Source: Eledone cirrhosa (Eukaryota). From it: a stretch of 64,000 nt of DNA. The notes below the pieces were generated by a model. The model did not search any database. It was not told the DNA's origin and worked only from the letters and a program-made list of their open reading frames with translations. Location of the stretch: positions 6,076,001-6,140,000 of the forward strand of contig OZ024744.1 of the NCBI GenBank assembly GCA_964016885.1, given 5' to 3'. This document shows, piece after piece, positions 16,801 through 34,040 of the stretch. The translations under genes were made by a program, and so were the position numbers. The first letter of the stretch is position 1. The number at the start of each line of letters is the position of its first letter.

Positions 16801-18610
16801 CAACACCACCACCAATACCAACACCAACTCTAACACCGCCACCAACACCACAACCAACACCAACACCAACAGCACCACCAACACCAACACCACCACCAAC
16901 ACAAAACCATCACCAACACCACCACCAACACCACCACCAACACCACCACCATCACCAACACCACCACCAACACCATCAACAACACCACCACCAACACCAC
17001 CGCCATCAACAACACCACCACCAACACCACCACCACCACCAACACCACCTACAACACCACCACCAACACCATCACCAACAGCACCACCAACACCACCGCC
17101 ATCAACAACACCACCACCACCAACACCACCACCAACACCACCACCAACACCACCACCAACACCATCACCAACACCACCAACAACACCAACACCACCACCA
17201 ACAACACAACCAACACCACCACCAACACCATCACCAACAACACCACCAGCAACAACACCACCATCATCAACACCAACACCGCCACCAATACCAACACCAA
17301 CACCACCACCAACAGCAACACCAACACCAACACCACCACCAGCAACAACACCAACACCAACACCACCACCACCACCATCACCAACACCACCACCAACACC
17401 ACCAGCATCACCGACACCACCACCAACACCACCACCAACACCATCACCACCACCAACACCACCACCAACACCACCAACAACACCATCACCATCACCAACA
17501 CCACCACCAACACCATCACCACCACCAACACCACCACCAACGCCACCACCAACACCACCACCAACACCACCACCAACATCAACACCACCACCAACACCAC
17601 CACCAACACCACCACCAACACCACCACCAACAACACCACCACCACCACCAACACCAGCTCCAATACCAACACCAACACCACCACCGACACCACCACCAAC
17701 ACCAACACCAACACCAATACCATCACCAACACCAACACCACCAACAACAACACCACCAACACCACCACCATGACCAACACCACCACTAACATTACCACCA
17801 ACACCACCAACACCACCACCACCACCAACACCAACACCACCATCACCACCATCACCAACACCAACACCACCACCAACACCACCACCTACATCAGCACCAA
17901 AACCACCACCGCCATCACCAACATCACCACCATAACCAACACCACCACCAACACCAAAACCACCACCAACAACAACAACAGCAACAACACCACCAACACC
18001 ACCACCAACACCACCACCAACATAAATACCAACACCAACACCACCACCAACACCACCGCCAACACCAACACCACCACCAACACCACCACCAACACCAACA
18101 CCAACACCACCACCAACACCACCACCATCACCAACACCACCACCAACACCACCACCAACACCACCACCAACACCAACACCATCACCAACACCACCACCAA
18201 CACCAACACCACCACCAACATAAATACCAACACCAACACCACCACCAACACCACCACCAACACCAACACCACCACCAACACCACCACCAACACCAACACC
18301 ACCACCAACACCACCACCATCACCAACACCACCACCAATACCAACACCATCATCAACACCACCACCAACACCACCACCAACACCATCACCAACACCACCA
18401 CCACCACCAACACCACCACCAACACCACCACCATCACCTACACCAACACCAACACCAACACCATCACCAACACCATCACCAACAACACCACCAACACCAA
18501 CACCAACACCAACACCAACACCACCACCATCACCAACACCACCAACAACAACACAACCAACACCAACACCAACACCATCACCAACACCACAACCACCAAC
18601 ACCACCACCA
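10740..18610. repeat. ~3.9-4.0 kb tandem duplication (2 copies, junction ~14.6 kb)
   Basis: Paired landmarks: CTAG 11428/15278, CATTACCAATACATC 11661/15521, ATG 13769/17770, CTACATCAGC 13885/17886, CTACACC 14440/18438. The offset drifts from 3850 to 4001 through internal indels. Confidence 0.9.
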
Positions 18611-21600
18611 ACATCAGCACCAACACCAACACCACCACCATCACCAACACCACCACCACCACCAACACCACCACCAACAACACCACCAACACCACCACCA
18701 ACAACAACACCACCACCAATACCAACACCGCCACCAACACCAACAACAACACCACCACCAACACGACCACCAACACCACTACCGACAACACCACCACCAC
18801 CACCAACACCAACACCAACACCACCACCAACACCACCACCAACACCAACACCACCACCAACACCACCACCAACACCAACACCTACACCATCATCAACACC
18901 ACCGCCAACACAAACACCACCACCATCACCAACACCAACACCAACACCAACACCAACACCACCACCAACAACAACAACAACACCAACACCAACACCAACA
19001 CCACCACCAACACCAATACCACCACCAACACCAACACCACCACCAACACCACCACCATCATCAACACCACCACCACCAACACCCCCACCAACACCACCAC
19101 CAACACCAACACCACCACAAATACCACCACTAATACCAACAACAACACGAACACCACAACATACACCATCACCATCACCACCACCAACACCACCATCACC
19201 GTCACCAACACCAAAACCACCACCATCACCAACACCACCACCAACACCATCACCAACACCACCACCAGCAACAACACCACCATCATCAACACCAACACCG
19301 CCACCAACACAAACACCAACACCACCACCAACAGCAACACCAACACCAACACCACCTCCAGCAACAACACCAACACCAACACCACCACCACCACCATCAC
19401 CAACACCACCACCAACACCACCAGCATCACCAACACCACCACCAACACCACCACCAACACCATCACCACCACCAACACCACCACCAACACCACCAACAAC
19501 ACCATCACCATCACCAACACCACCACCAACACCATCACCACCACCATCACCACCACCAACATCACCACCAACACCACCACCAACAACACCACCACCACCA
19601 CCAACACCACCTCCAATACCAACACCAACACCACCACCGACACCACCACCAACACCAACACCACCAACAACAACACCACCAACACCACCACCATGACCAA
19701 CACCACCACTAACATTACCACCAACACCACCAACACCACCACCACCACCAACACCAACACCAGCACCACCACCATCACCAACACCAACACCACCACCAAC
19801 ACCACCACCTACATCAGCACCAAAACCACCACCACCATCACCAACATCACCACCATAACCAACACCACCACCAACACCAAAACCACCACCACCACCAATA
19901 ACAACAGCAACAACACCACCAACACCACCACCAACACCACCACCAACATAAATACCAACACCAACACCACCACCAACACCACCACCAACACCAACACCAC
20001 CACCAACACCACCACCAACACCAACACCAACACCACCACCAACACCACCACCATCACCAACACCACCACCAACACCACCACCAAAACCACCACCAACACC
20101 AACACCATCACCAACACCACCACCAACACCAACACCACCACCAACATAAATACCAACACCAACACCACCACCAACACCACCACCAACACCAACACCACCA
20201 CCAACACCACCACCAACACCAACACCACCACCAACACCACCACCATCACCAACACCACCACCAATACCAACACCATCATCAACACCACCACCAACACCAC
20301 CACCAACACCATCACCAACACCACCACCACCACCAACACCACCACCAACACCACCACCATCACCTACACCAACACCAACACAAACAACATCACCAACACC
20401 ATCACCAACAACACCACCAACACCAACACCAACACCAACACCAACACCACCACCATCACCAACACCACCAACAACAACACAACCAACACCAACACCAACA
20501 CCATCACCAACACCACAACCACCAACACCACCACCAACATCAGCACCAACACCAACACCACCACCATCACCAACACCACCACCACCACCAACACCACCAC
20601 CAACAACACCACCAACACCACCACCAACAACAACTCCACCACCAATACCAACACCACCACCAACACCAACAACAACACCACCACCAACACGACCACCAAC
20701 ACCACTACCGACAACACCACCAACACCAACACCACCACCAACACCAACACCACAACCAACACCACCACCAACACCAACACCACCACCAACACCAGCACCA
20801 ACACCAACACCAACACCATCATCAACACCACCGCCAACACCAACACCACCACCACCACCAACACCAACACCAACACCAACACCACCACCAACAACAACAA
20901 CAACACCAACACCAACACCACCACCAACACCAATACCACCACCAACACCAACACCACCACCAACACCACCACCATCATCAACACCACCACCACCAACACC
21001 CCCACCAACACCACAACCAACACCAACACCATCACCAATACCACCACTAATACCAACAACAACACGAACACCACAACCAACACCATCACCATCACCACCA
21101 CCAACACCACCACCAACACCACCACCAACACCATCACCAACACAACCACCAACACCAACACCAATACCACCACCAACACCAACACCACGACCAACACCAA
21201 CACCACCACCAACAACACAACCAACACCAACACCAACAACAACAACAACACCACCACCAACACCACCACCAACACCAACACCAACACCAGCACCAACACC
21301 AACAACAACACAACCACCAACACGACCACCAACACCAACACCACCACCAGCACCAACACCACCACCAACACCACCACCAACACCAACACCAACACCAACA
21401 CCACCACCAACAGCAACACCAACTCCAACACCACCACTAACACTAACACCACCACCAACACCAACACCACCACCAACACCAACACCACACCAACACCACC
21501 ACCAGCACCAACACCATCACCCACAACATCACCAACACCACCACCACCATCACCAACACCACCAACATCACCACCACCAACACCACCACCATCACCATCA

Positions 21601-24600
21601 CCAACGCCACCACCATCACCAACACCATCACCAACACCACCACCAACACCATCACCCGCACCAGCACCACCAACAACATCAACACCAACACCACCACCAA
21701 CACCAACACCATCACCATCACCAACACCAACATCACAACCAACACCACCACCAACACCAACACCATCACGAACGCCACCACCACCACCATCACCAACACC
21801 AACAACATCACCATCACCAACACCACCACCATCACCAAGTCCAACATCATCACCACCACCACCACCATCACCACCATCACGAAGACCAACACCATCACCA
21901 ACACCATTACCAGCACCAACACCACCAACACCAGCACCATCACCAACACCACCACCAACACCAACACCACCACCAACACCACCACCAACACAAAACCATC
22001 ACCAACACCACCACCAACACCACCACCAACACCACCACCATCACCAACACCTCCACCACCACCATCACCAACACCACCACCAACACCACCACCATCAACA
22101 ACAGCACCACCAACACCACCACCACTACCAACACCACCACCAACACCAACACCAACACCACCACCAACACCACCACCAACACCAACACCAACACCGCCAC
22201 CATCACCGACACCAACACCACCACCAGCACCAACACCATCACCCACAACATAACCAACACCACCACCACCATCGCCAGCACCACCAACATCACCACCACC
22301 AACACCACCACCACCACCACCATCACCATCACCACCACAATCACCAACACCACCACCATCACCAACACCACCACCAACACCATCACCCGCACCAGCACCA
22401 CCAACAACACCAACACCAACACCACCACCAACACCAACACCATCACCAACACCAACACCACAACCAACACCACCACCAACACCAACACCATCACCAACAC
22501 CATCACCAACACCACCACCAGCAACAACACCACCATCATCAACACCAACACCGCCACCAATACCAACACCACCACCAACACCAACACCAACACCAACACC
22601 ACCACCAGCAACAACACCAACACCAACACCACCACCACCACCATCACCAACACCACCACCAACACCACCAGCATCACCAAAACCACCACCAACAACACCA
22701 CCAACACCATCACCACCACCAACACCACCAACAACGCCACCAACAACACCATCACCATCACCAACACCAACACCACCACCAACATCAACACCACCACCAA
22801 CACCACCACCAACACCACCACCAACACCACCACCAACAACACCAGCATCACCAACACCACCACCAACAACACCACCAACACCATCACCACCACCAACACC
22901 ACCACCAACATCAACACCACCACCAACACCACCACCAACACCACCACCAACACCACCACCAACAACACCACCACCACCACCAACACCACCTCCAATACCA
23001 ACACCAACACCACCACCGACACCACCACCAACACCAACACCAATACCATCACCAACACCAACACCACCAACAACAACACCACCAACACCACCACCATGAC
23101 CAACACCACCACTAACATTACCACCAACACCACCAACACCACCACCACCACCAACACCAACACCACCACCAACACCATCACCTACACCAACACCACCACC
23201 AACACCACCACCTACATCAGCACCAAAACCACCACCACCATCATCAACATCACCACCATAACCAACACCACGACCAACACCAAAACCACCACCAACAACA
23301 ACAACAACAGCAACAACACCACCAACACCACCAACACCACCACCAACATAAATACCAACACCACCACCAACACCACCACCAACACCAACACCACCACTAA
23401 CACCACCACCATCACCAACACCAACACCACCACCAACACCACCAACATCACCAACACCACCACCAACACCACCACCAACACCACCACCAACACCAACACC
23501 ATCACCAACACCACCACCAACACCAACACCACCAACAACACCACCACCATCACCAACACCACCACCAATACCAACACCATCATCAACACCACCACCAACA
23601 CCACCACCAACACCATCACCATCACCACCACCACCACCAACACCACCACCAACACCACCACCATCACCTACACCAACACCAACACCAACACCATCACCAA
23701 CACCATCACCAACAACACCACCAACACCAACACCAACACCAACACCAACACCACCACCATCACCAACACCACCAACAACAACACAACCAACACCAACACC
23801 AACACCATCACCAACACCACAACCACCAACACCACCACCAACATCAGCACCAACACCAACACCACCACCATCACCAACACCACCACCACCACCAACACCA
23901 CCACCAACAACACCACCAACACCACCACCAACAACAACACCACCACCAATACCAACACCACCACCAACACCAACAACAACACCACCACCAACACGACCAC
24001 CAACACCACTACCGACAACACCACCAACACCAATACCACCACCAACACCAAAACCACCACCCACACCAACACCAACACCAACACCACCACCAACACCACC
24101 ACCAACACCATCATCAACAACACCGCCAACACAAACACCACCACCACCACCACCACCAACACCAACACCAACACCACCACCAACAACAACAACAACACCA
24201 ACACCAACACCAACACCACCACCAACACCAATACCACCACCAACACCAACACCACCACCAACACCACCACCATCATCAACACCACCACCACCAACACCCC
24301 CACCAACGCCACCACCAACACCAACACCACCACCAATACCACCACTAATACCAACAACAACACGAACACCATAACCAACACCATCACCATCACCACCACC
24401 AACACCACCACCAACACCACCACCAACACCACCACCAACACCACCACCAACACCAACACCAATACCACCACCAACACCAACAACACGACCAACACCAACA
24501 CCACCAACAACAACACAACCAACACCAACACCAACACCAACACCACCACCATCATCAACACCACCACCAACACCACCACCAACACCAACACCAACACCAG

Positions 24601-24770
24601 CACCAACACCAACAACAACACCACCACCAACACGACCACCAACACTAACACCAACACCACCACCAACACCAACACCAACACCAACACCACCACCAACACC
24701 AACACCAACACCAACACCACCACTAACACTAACACCACCACCAACACCAACACCACCACCAACACCAACA
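11651..24770. repeat. Domain II: module E plus module B type 1 (CCTACATCAGCACCAAAACC variant)
   Basis: ATG landmark at 13769, 17770, 19693 and 23096, each followed 116 nt later by CTACATCAGC (13885, 17886, 19809, 23212). This variant is absent after 24 kb. Includes a 1923-bp-period duplication (17770/19693). Confidence 0.75.
11661..12660. repeat. Module E (~1 kb), present only twice (second copy ~15521-16540)
   Basis: Private landmarks CATTACCAATACATCACAAAC, CCAGAACCAAAACC, ACACTACAACC, ACCATCCCCACC, ACTAGCACC and AACTCTAAC are seen only in these two blocks. AACTCTAAC is also locally repeated at ~16.83 kb. Confidence 0.85.
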
Positions 24771-26670
24771 CCACACCAACACCACCACCAGCACCAACAC
24801 CATCACCCACAACATCACCAACACCACCACCACCATCACCAACACCACCAACATCACCACCACCAACACCACCACCATCACCATCACCAACGCCACCACC
24901 ATCACCAACACCATCACCAACACCACCACCAACACCATCACCCGTACCACCACCACCAACAACATCAACACCAACACCACCACCAACACCAACACCATCA
25001 CCATCACCAACACCAACATCACAACCAACACCACCACCAACACCAACACCAACACCATCACGAACGCCACCACCACCACCATCACCCACACCACCAACAT
25101 CACCATCACCAACACCACCACCATCACCAAGACCAACATCATCACCACCACCAACACCATCACCACCATCACGAAGACCAACACCATCACCAACACCATT
25201 ACCAGCACCAACACCACCAACACCAGCACCATCACCAACACCACCACCATCACCAACACCACCACCAACACCACCACCAACACAAAACCATCACCAACAC
25301 CACCACCAACACTACCACCAACACCACCACCATCACCAACACCTCCACCACCACCACACCAACACCACCACCAACAACACCATCAACAACACCACCACCA
25401 ACACCACCACCACTACCAACACCACCACCAACACCATTACCAGCACCAACACCACCAACACCGGCACCATCACCAACACCACCACCATCACCAACACCAC
25501 CACCAACACCACCACCAACACAAAACCATCACCAACACCCCCACCAACACCACCTCCAACACCAACACCACCACCAATACCACCACTAATACCAACAACA
25601 ACACGAACACCACAACCAACACCATCACCATCACCACCACCAACACCACCACCAACACCACCACCAACACCACCACCAACACCACCACCAACACCAACAC
25701 CAATACCACCACCAACACCAACAACACGACCAACACCAACACCACCACCAACAACACAACCAACACCAACACCAACACCAACACCACCACCATCATCAAC
25801 ACCACCACCAACACCACCACCAACACCAACACCAACACCAGCACCAACACCAACAACAACAGCACCACCAACACGACCACCAACACCAACACCAACACCA
25901 CCACCAACACCAACACCAACACCAACACCACCACCAACACCAACACCAACACCAACACCACCACTAACACTAACACCACCACCAACACCAACACCACCAC
26001 CAACACCAACACCACACCAACACCACCACCAGCACCAACACCATCACCCACAACATCACCAACACCACCACCACCATCACCAACACCACCAACATCACCA
26101 CCACCAACACCACCACCATCACCATCACCAACGCCACCACCATCACCAACACCATCACCAACACCACCACCAACACCATCACCCGTACCACCACCACCAA
26201 CAACATCAACACCAACACCACCACCAACACCAACACCATCACCATCACCAACACCAACATCACAACCAACACCACCACCAACACCAACACCAACACCATC
26301 ACGAACGCCACCACCACCACCATCACCAACACCACCAACATCACCATCACCAACACCACCACCATCACCAAGACCAACATCATCACCACCACCACCACCA
26401 TCACCACCATCACGAAGACCAACACCATCACCAACACCATTACCAGCACCAACACCACCAACACCAGCACCATCACCAACACCACCACCATCACCAACAG
26501 CACCACCAACACCACCACCAACACAAAACCATCACCAACACCACCACCAACACTACCACCAACACCACCACCATCACCAACACCTCCACCACCACCACAC
26601 CAACACCACCACCAACAACACCATCAACAACACCACCACCAACACCACCACCACTACCAACACCACCACC
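24330..26670. repeat. 1241-bp-period tandem duplication
   Basis: ORFs 24729..25283 and 25970..26524 are near-identical at offset 1241. Shared variants CCCGTACC (24941/26182) and CCTCCACCACCACCACACC (~25342/26583). Confidence 0.85.
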
Positions 26671-29600
26671 AACACCTACACCAACACCACCTCCAACACC
26701 ATCACCCGCACCACCACCACCAACAACACCGACACCAACACCACCACCAACACCAACACCATCACCATCACCAACACCAACATCACAACCAACACCACCA
26801 CCAACACCAACACCAACACCATCACGAACGCCACCACCATCACCAAGACCAACACCATCACCAACACCACCACCAACATCAGCACCATCAACAACACCAC
26901 CACCAACACCAACACCACCACCAATACCACCACCAACACAAAACCATCACCAAGACTACCACCAACACCGCCACAAACACCACCACCATCATCAACACCA
27001 CCACCAACAGCACCACCAACACCACACCCAACACCAACACCACCACCACCAACATCAGCACCATCAACAACACCACCACCAACACCAACACCACCACCAA
27101 TACCACCACCAACACAAAACCATCACCAAGACTACCACCAACACCGCCACAAACACCACCACCATCATCAACACCACCACCAACACCAACACCAACACCA
27201 CCACCAACTCCACCACTAACACTAACACCACCACTAAAACCAACAACACCACCATCATCAACACCACCACCAACACCACCACCAACACCCACACCAACAC
27301 CAACACCAACACCACCACCATCATCAACACCATCACCAACACCATCACCAACACCACCACCATCATCCACACCACCACCAACACCACCACCAACACCAAC
27401 ACCAACACCAACACCAACTCCACCACTAACACTAACACCACCACTAAAACCAACAACACCGCCATCATCAACACCACCACCAACACCACCACCAACACCC
27501 ACACCAACACCAACACCAACACCACCACCATCATGAACACCATCACCAACACCATCACCAACACCACCACCAACACCAACACCACCACCAACACCACTAC
27601 CAACACAAAACCATCACCAACACCACCACAAACACCGCCACCAACACCACCACCATCACCAACACCTCCACCACCACCATCACTAACACCACCACCAACA
27701 CCACCACCATCAACAACACCACCACCAACACCACCACCACTACCAACACCACCACCAACACCAACACCAACACCAACACCACCACCAACACCAACACCAA
27801 CACCAACACCACCACCAACTCCACCACTAACACTAACACCACCACTAAAACCAACAACACCACCATCAACAACACCACCACCAACACCACCACCAACAGC
27901 CACACCAACACGAACACCAACACCACCACCATCATCAACACCACCACCAACACAATCACCAACACCACCACCATCATCCACACCACCACCAACACCACCA
28001 CCAACACCACCCCCAACACCAACAACACCAGCAACACCACCACCAACACAAACACCAACACCAACACCACCACCAACACCAACACCAACACCAACACCAA
28101 CACCACCACCAAGACCACCACCATCATCAACACCACCACCAACACCGCCACCAACGCCCACACCACACCAACACCACCACCAACAACACCACCAACACCA
28201 CCACCAACGCCAACACCAACACCACCATCAACACCACTACCAACACAAACACCACCACCAACACCACCACCATCACCAACACCACCACCAACACCACCAC
28301 CAACACCACCACCAACACCACCACTAACACCAACACCAACACCAACACCACCACCAACACCACCACCGACACCACCACCATCATCAACACCACCACCAAC
28401 ACCACCTCCAACACAACCCCCAACACCAACACCACCACCAACACCACCACCAACACCAACACCAACACCAACACCACCACCAACACCAACAACAACACCA
28501 ACACCACCACTAACACTAACACCATCACCCACAACATCACCAACACCACCACCACCATCACCAACACCACCAACATCACCACCACCAACACCACCACCAT
28601 CACCATCACCAACGCAACCACCATCACCAACACCATCACCAACACCACTACCAACACCATCACCCGCACCACCACCACCAACAACATCAACACCAACACC
28701 ACCACCAACACCATCACCATCACCAACACCAACATCACAACCAACACCACCACCAACACCAACACCAACACCATCACGAACGCCACCACCACCACCATCA
28801 CCAACACCACCAACATCACCATCACCAACACCACCACCATCACCAAGACCAACACCATCACCACCACCACCACCATCACCACCATCACGAAGACCAACAC
28901 CATCACCAACACCATTACCAGCACCAACACCACCACCAACACCAGCACCATCACCAACACCACCACCAACACCAACACCACCACCAACACCACCACCAAC
29001 ACAAAACCATCACCAACACCACCACCAACACCACCACCAACACCACCACCATCACCAACACCGCCACCACCACCATCACCAACACCACCACCAACACCAG
29101 CACCATCAACAACACCACCACCAACACCACCACCACTACCAACACCACCACCAACACCAACACCATCACCAACACCACCACCAAGACCAACACCACCACC
29201 AACACCACCACCATCACCAACACCACCACCAACACCACCACAACACCATCACCAACACCACCACCAACACCACCACCATCACCAACATCACCAGCAACAC
29301 CACCACCAACACCAACACCAACGCCAACACCAACACCTCCACCATCACCAACACCACCACCAACACCACCACCATCAACAACACCACCACCAACACCACC
29401 ACCACTACCAACACCACCACCAACACCAACACCATCACCAACACCACCACCAAGACCAACACCACCACCAACACCACCACCATCACCAACACCACCACCA
29501 ACACCACCACAACACCACCACCAACAGCACCACCAACACCACCACCATCACCAACACCTCCACCAACACCATCACCAACACCACCACCAACACCACCAAC

Positions 29601-32600
29601 ATCAACAAAACCACCACCAACACCACCAACACCACCAACGCCACCACAAACACGACCACCAACACCATCACCAACACCACCACCAACACCACAACCAACA
29701 CCACAGCCAACACCAACACCTACACCACCACCAACACCACCACCATCACCAACACCACCACCAACAACACAACCAACACCACCACCATCACCAACACCAC
29801 CAGCATCACCAACACCAACACCAACACCAACACCATCACCAAGACCAACACCATCACCAACACCATCAACATCACCAACACCACCACCAACACCAACACC
29901 ACCACCAACACAAAACCATCACCAACACCACACCAACACCACCACCAGCACCAACACCATCACCCACAACATCACCAACACCACCACCACCATCACCAAC
30001 ACCACCAACATCACCACCACCAACACCACCACCATCACCATCACCAACGCCACCACCATCACCAACACCATCACCAACACCACCACCAACACCATCACCC
30101 GTACCACCACCACCAACAACATCAACACCAACACCACCACCAACACCAACACCATCACCATCACCAACACCAACATCACAACCAACACCACCACCAACAC
30201 CAACACCAACACCATCACGAACGCCACCACCACCACCATCACCAACACCACCAACATCACCATCACCAACACCACCACCATCACCAAGACCAACATCATC
30301 ACCACCACCACCACCATCACCACCATCACGAAGACCAACACCATCACCAACACCATTACCAGCACCAACACCACCAACACCAGCACCATCACCAACACCA
30401 CCACCAACACCAACACCACCACCAACACCACCACCAACACAAAACCATCAACAACACCACCACCAACACCACCACCAACACCACCACCATCACCAACACC
30501 TCCACCACCACCATCACCAACACCACCACCAACACCACCATCAACAACACCACCACCAACACCACCACCACTACCAACACCACCACCAACACCTACACCA
30601 ACACCACCACCAACACCATCACCCGCACCACCACCACCAACAACACCGACACCAACACCACCACCACCACCAACACCAACACCATCAACAACACCACAAC
30701 CAACACCACAACCAACACCAACACCTAGACCAACACCAACACCACCAGCATCACCAACACCACCGCCATCACCAACACCGCCACCAACACCACCACCAAC
30801 ACCACCACCAACACCACCACCAACACCATCACCAACACCAACACCAATACCATCACCAACACCAACACCACCACCACCATCACCAACAACGCCACCTACA
30901 CCGCCACCAACACCACCACCATCACCATCACCAACGCCACCAACATCACCAACACCATCACCAACACCACCACCAACACCATCACCCGCACCACCACCAC
31001 CAACAACATCAACACCAACACCACCACCAACACCAACACCATCAACATCACCAACACCACCACCAACACAAAACCATCACCAACACCACACCAACACCAC
31101 CACCAGCACCAACACCATCACCCACAACATCACCAACACCACCACCACCATCACCAACACCACCAACATCACCACCACCAACACCACCACCATCACCATC
31201 ACCAACGCCACCACCATCACCAACACCATCACCAACACCACCACCAACACCATCACCCGTACCACCACCACCAACAACATCAACACCAACACCACCACCA
31301 ACACCAACACCATCACCATCACCAACACCAACATCACAATCAACACCACCACCAACACCAACACCAACACCATCACGAACGCCACCACCACCACCATCAC
31401 CAACACCACCAACATCACCATCACCAACACCACCACCATCACCAAGACCATCACCATCACCACCACCACCACCATCACCACCATCACGAAGACCAACACC
31501 ATCACCAACTCCATTACCAGCACCAACACCACCACCAACACCAGCACCATCACCAACACCACCACCAACACCAACACCACCACCAACACCACCACCAACA
31601 CAAAACCATCACCAACACCACCACCAACACCACCACCAACACCACCACCATCACCAACACATCCACCACCACCATCACCAACACCACCACCAACACCACC
31701 ACCATCAACAACACCACCACCAACACCACCACCACTACCAACACCACCACCAACACCAACACCAACACCAACACCACCACCAACACCAACACCAACACCA
31801 CCACCAACTCCACCACTAACACTAACACCACCACTAAAACCAACAACACCACCGTCAACAACACCACCACCAACACCACCACCAACACCCACACCAACAC
31901 CAACACCAACACCACCACCATCATCAACACCACCACCAACACCATCACCAACACCACCAACATCATCCACACCACCACCAACACCATCACCAACACCACC
32001 CCCAACACCAACAACACCAGTAACACCACCACCAACACAAACACCAACACCAACACCACCACCAACACCAACACCAACACTAACACCACCATCAAGACCA
32101 CCACCATCATCAACACCACCACCAACACCACCACCAACAACACCACCAACACCACCACCAACACCAACACCACCATCAACACCACTACCAACACCAACAC
32201 CACCACCAACACCACCACCATCACCAACACCACCACCAACACCACCACCAACACCACCACCAACACCACCACCAACACCAACACCAACACCACCACCAAC
32301 ACCATCAGCCGCACCTTCACCACCAACAACACCAACACCAACACCACCACCAACACCAACACCATCACCAACACCAACATCACAACCAACACCACCACCA
32401 ACACCAACACCAACACCATCACGAACGCCACCACCATGACCAAGACCAACACCATCACCACCACCATCACCACCACCACCATCACGAAGACCAACATTAC
32501 CAGCACCAACACCACCACCAACACCAGCACCATCACCAACACCACCACCAACACCAACACCACCACCAACACCACCACCAACACAAAACCATCACCAACA

Positions 32601-34040
32601 CCACCACAAACACCGCCACCAACACCACCACCAACACCAACACCATCACCAACACCACCACCAACACCGCCACAAACACCACCACCATCATCAACACCAC
32701 CACCAACACCACCACCAACACCCACACCAACACCAACACCAACACCACCACCATCATCAACACCATCACCAACACCATCACCAACACCACCACCATCATC
32801 CACACCACCACCAACACCACCACCAGCACCACCCCCAACACCAACAACACCAGCAACACAACCACCAACACTAAAAACCAACACCACCACCAACACCAAC
32901 ACCAACACCAACACCACCACCAAGACCACCACCATCATCAACACCACCACCAACACCGCCACCAACACCAACACCACACCAACACCACCAACAAAACCAC
33001 CAACACCACCACCAACACCAACACCAACACCACCATCAACACCACCACCAACACCAACACCACCACCAACACCACCACCACCACCAACACCACCATCAAC
33101 ATCACCACCAACACCACCACCAACACCAACACCAACACCAACACCACCACCAACACCACCACCAACACCACCACCATCATCAACACCACCACTAACACCA
33201 CCTCCAACACAACCCCCAACACCAACACCACCACCAACACCACCACCAACACCAACACCAACACCAACACCACCACTAACACTAACACCACCACCAACAC
33301 CAACACCAACACCATCATCAACACCACCACCAACACCACCACCAGCACCAACACCATCACCCACAACATCACCAACACCACCACCACCATCACCAACACC
33401 ACCAACATCACCACCACCAACACCACCACCATCACCATCACCAACGCCACCACCATCACCAACACCATCACCAACACCACCACCAACACCATCACCCGCA
33501 CCACCACCACCAACAACATCAACACCAACACCACCACCAACACCAACACCATCACCATCACCAACACCAACATCACAACCAACACCACCACCAACACCAA
33601 CCACAACACCATCACGAACGCCACCACCACCACCATCACCAACACCACCAACATCACCATCACCAACACCACCACCATCACCAAGACCAACACCATCACC
33701 ACCACCACCACCATCACCACCATCACGAAGACCAACACCATCACCAACACCATTACCAGCACCAACACCACCACCAACACCAGCACCATCACCAACACCA
33801 CCACCAACACCAACACCACCACCAACACCACCACCAACACAAAACCATCACCAACACCACCACAAACACCGCCACCAACACCACCACCATCACCAACACC
33901 TCCACCACCAGCATCACCAACACCACCACCAACACCACCACCTTCAACAACACCACCACCAACACCACCACCACTACCAACACCACCACCAACACCAGCA
34001 CCAACACCAACACCACCACCAACACCAGCACCAACACCAA
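24771..34040. repeat. Domain III: return to the module A/C mosaic
   Basis: CACGAACGCC at ~25059, 26300, 26823, 28775, 30216, 31374, 32420 and 33613. ACTAAAACC at ~27233, 27443, 27844 and 31833. Includes small duplications with 176-bp (CAAGACTACC 26951/27127) and 269-bp (~29.0-29.5 kb) periods. Confidence 0.75.
26011..26533. repeat. Module A, representative copy (~0.5 kb, about 20 full or partial copies in the window)
   Basis: Ordered landmarks ACCACACC(register break)..AGC..ATCACCCACAAC..AACGCC..ACCCG(C/T)ACC..ATCACAACC..ACGAACGCC..AAGACC..ACGAAGACC..ATTACCAGC..ACAAAACCATC(register break). Other near-complete copies start near 0.3, 2.27, 4.8, 6.8, 9.25, 21.5, 24.8, 28.5, 29.9, 31.1, 33.3, 39.6, 43.2 and 54.7 kb. 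Confidence 0.9.
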
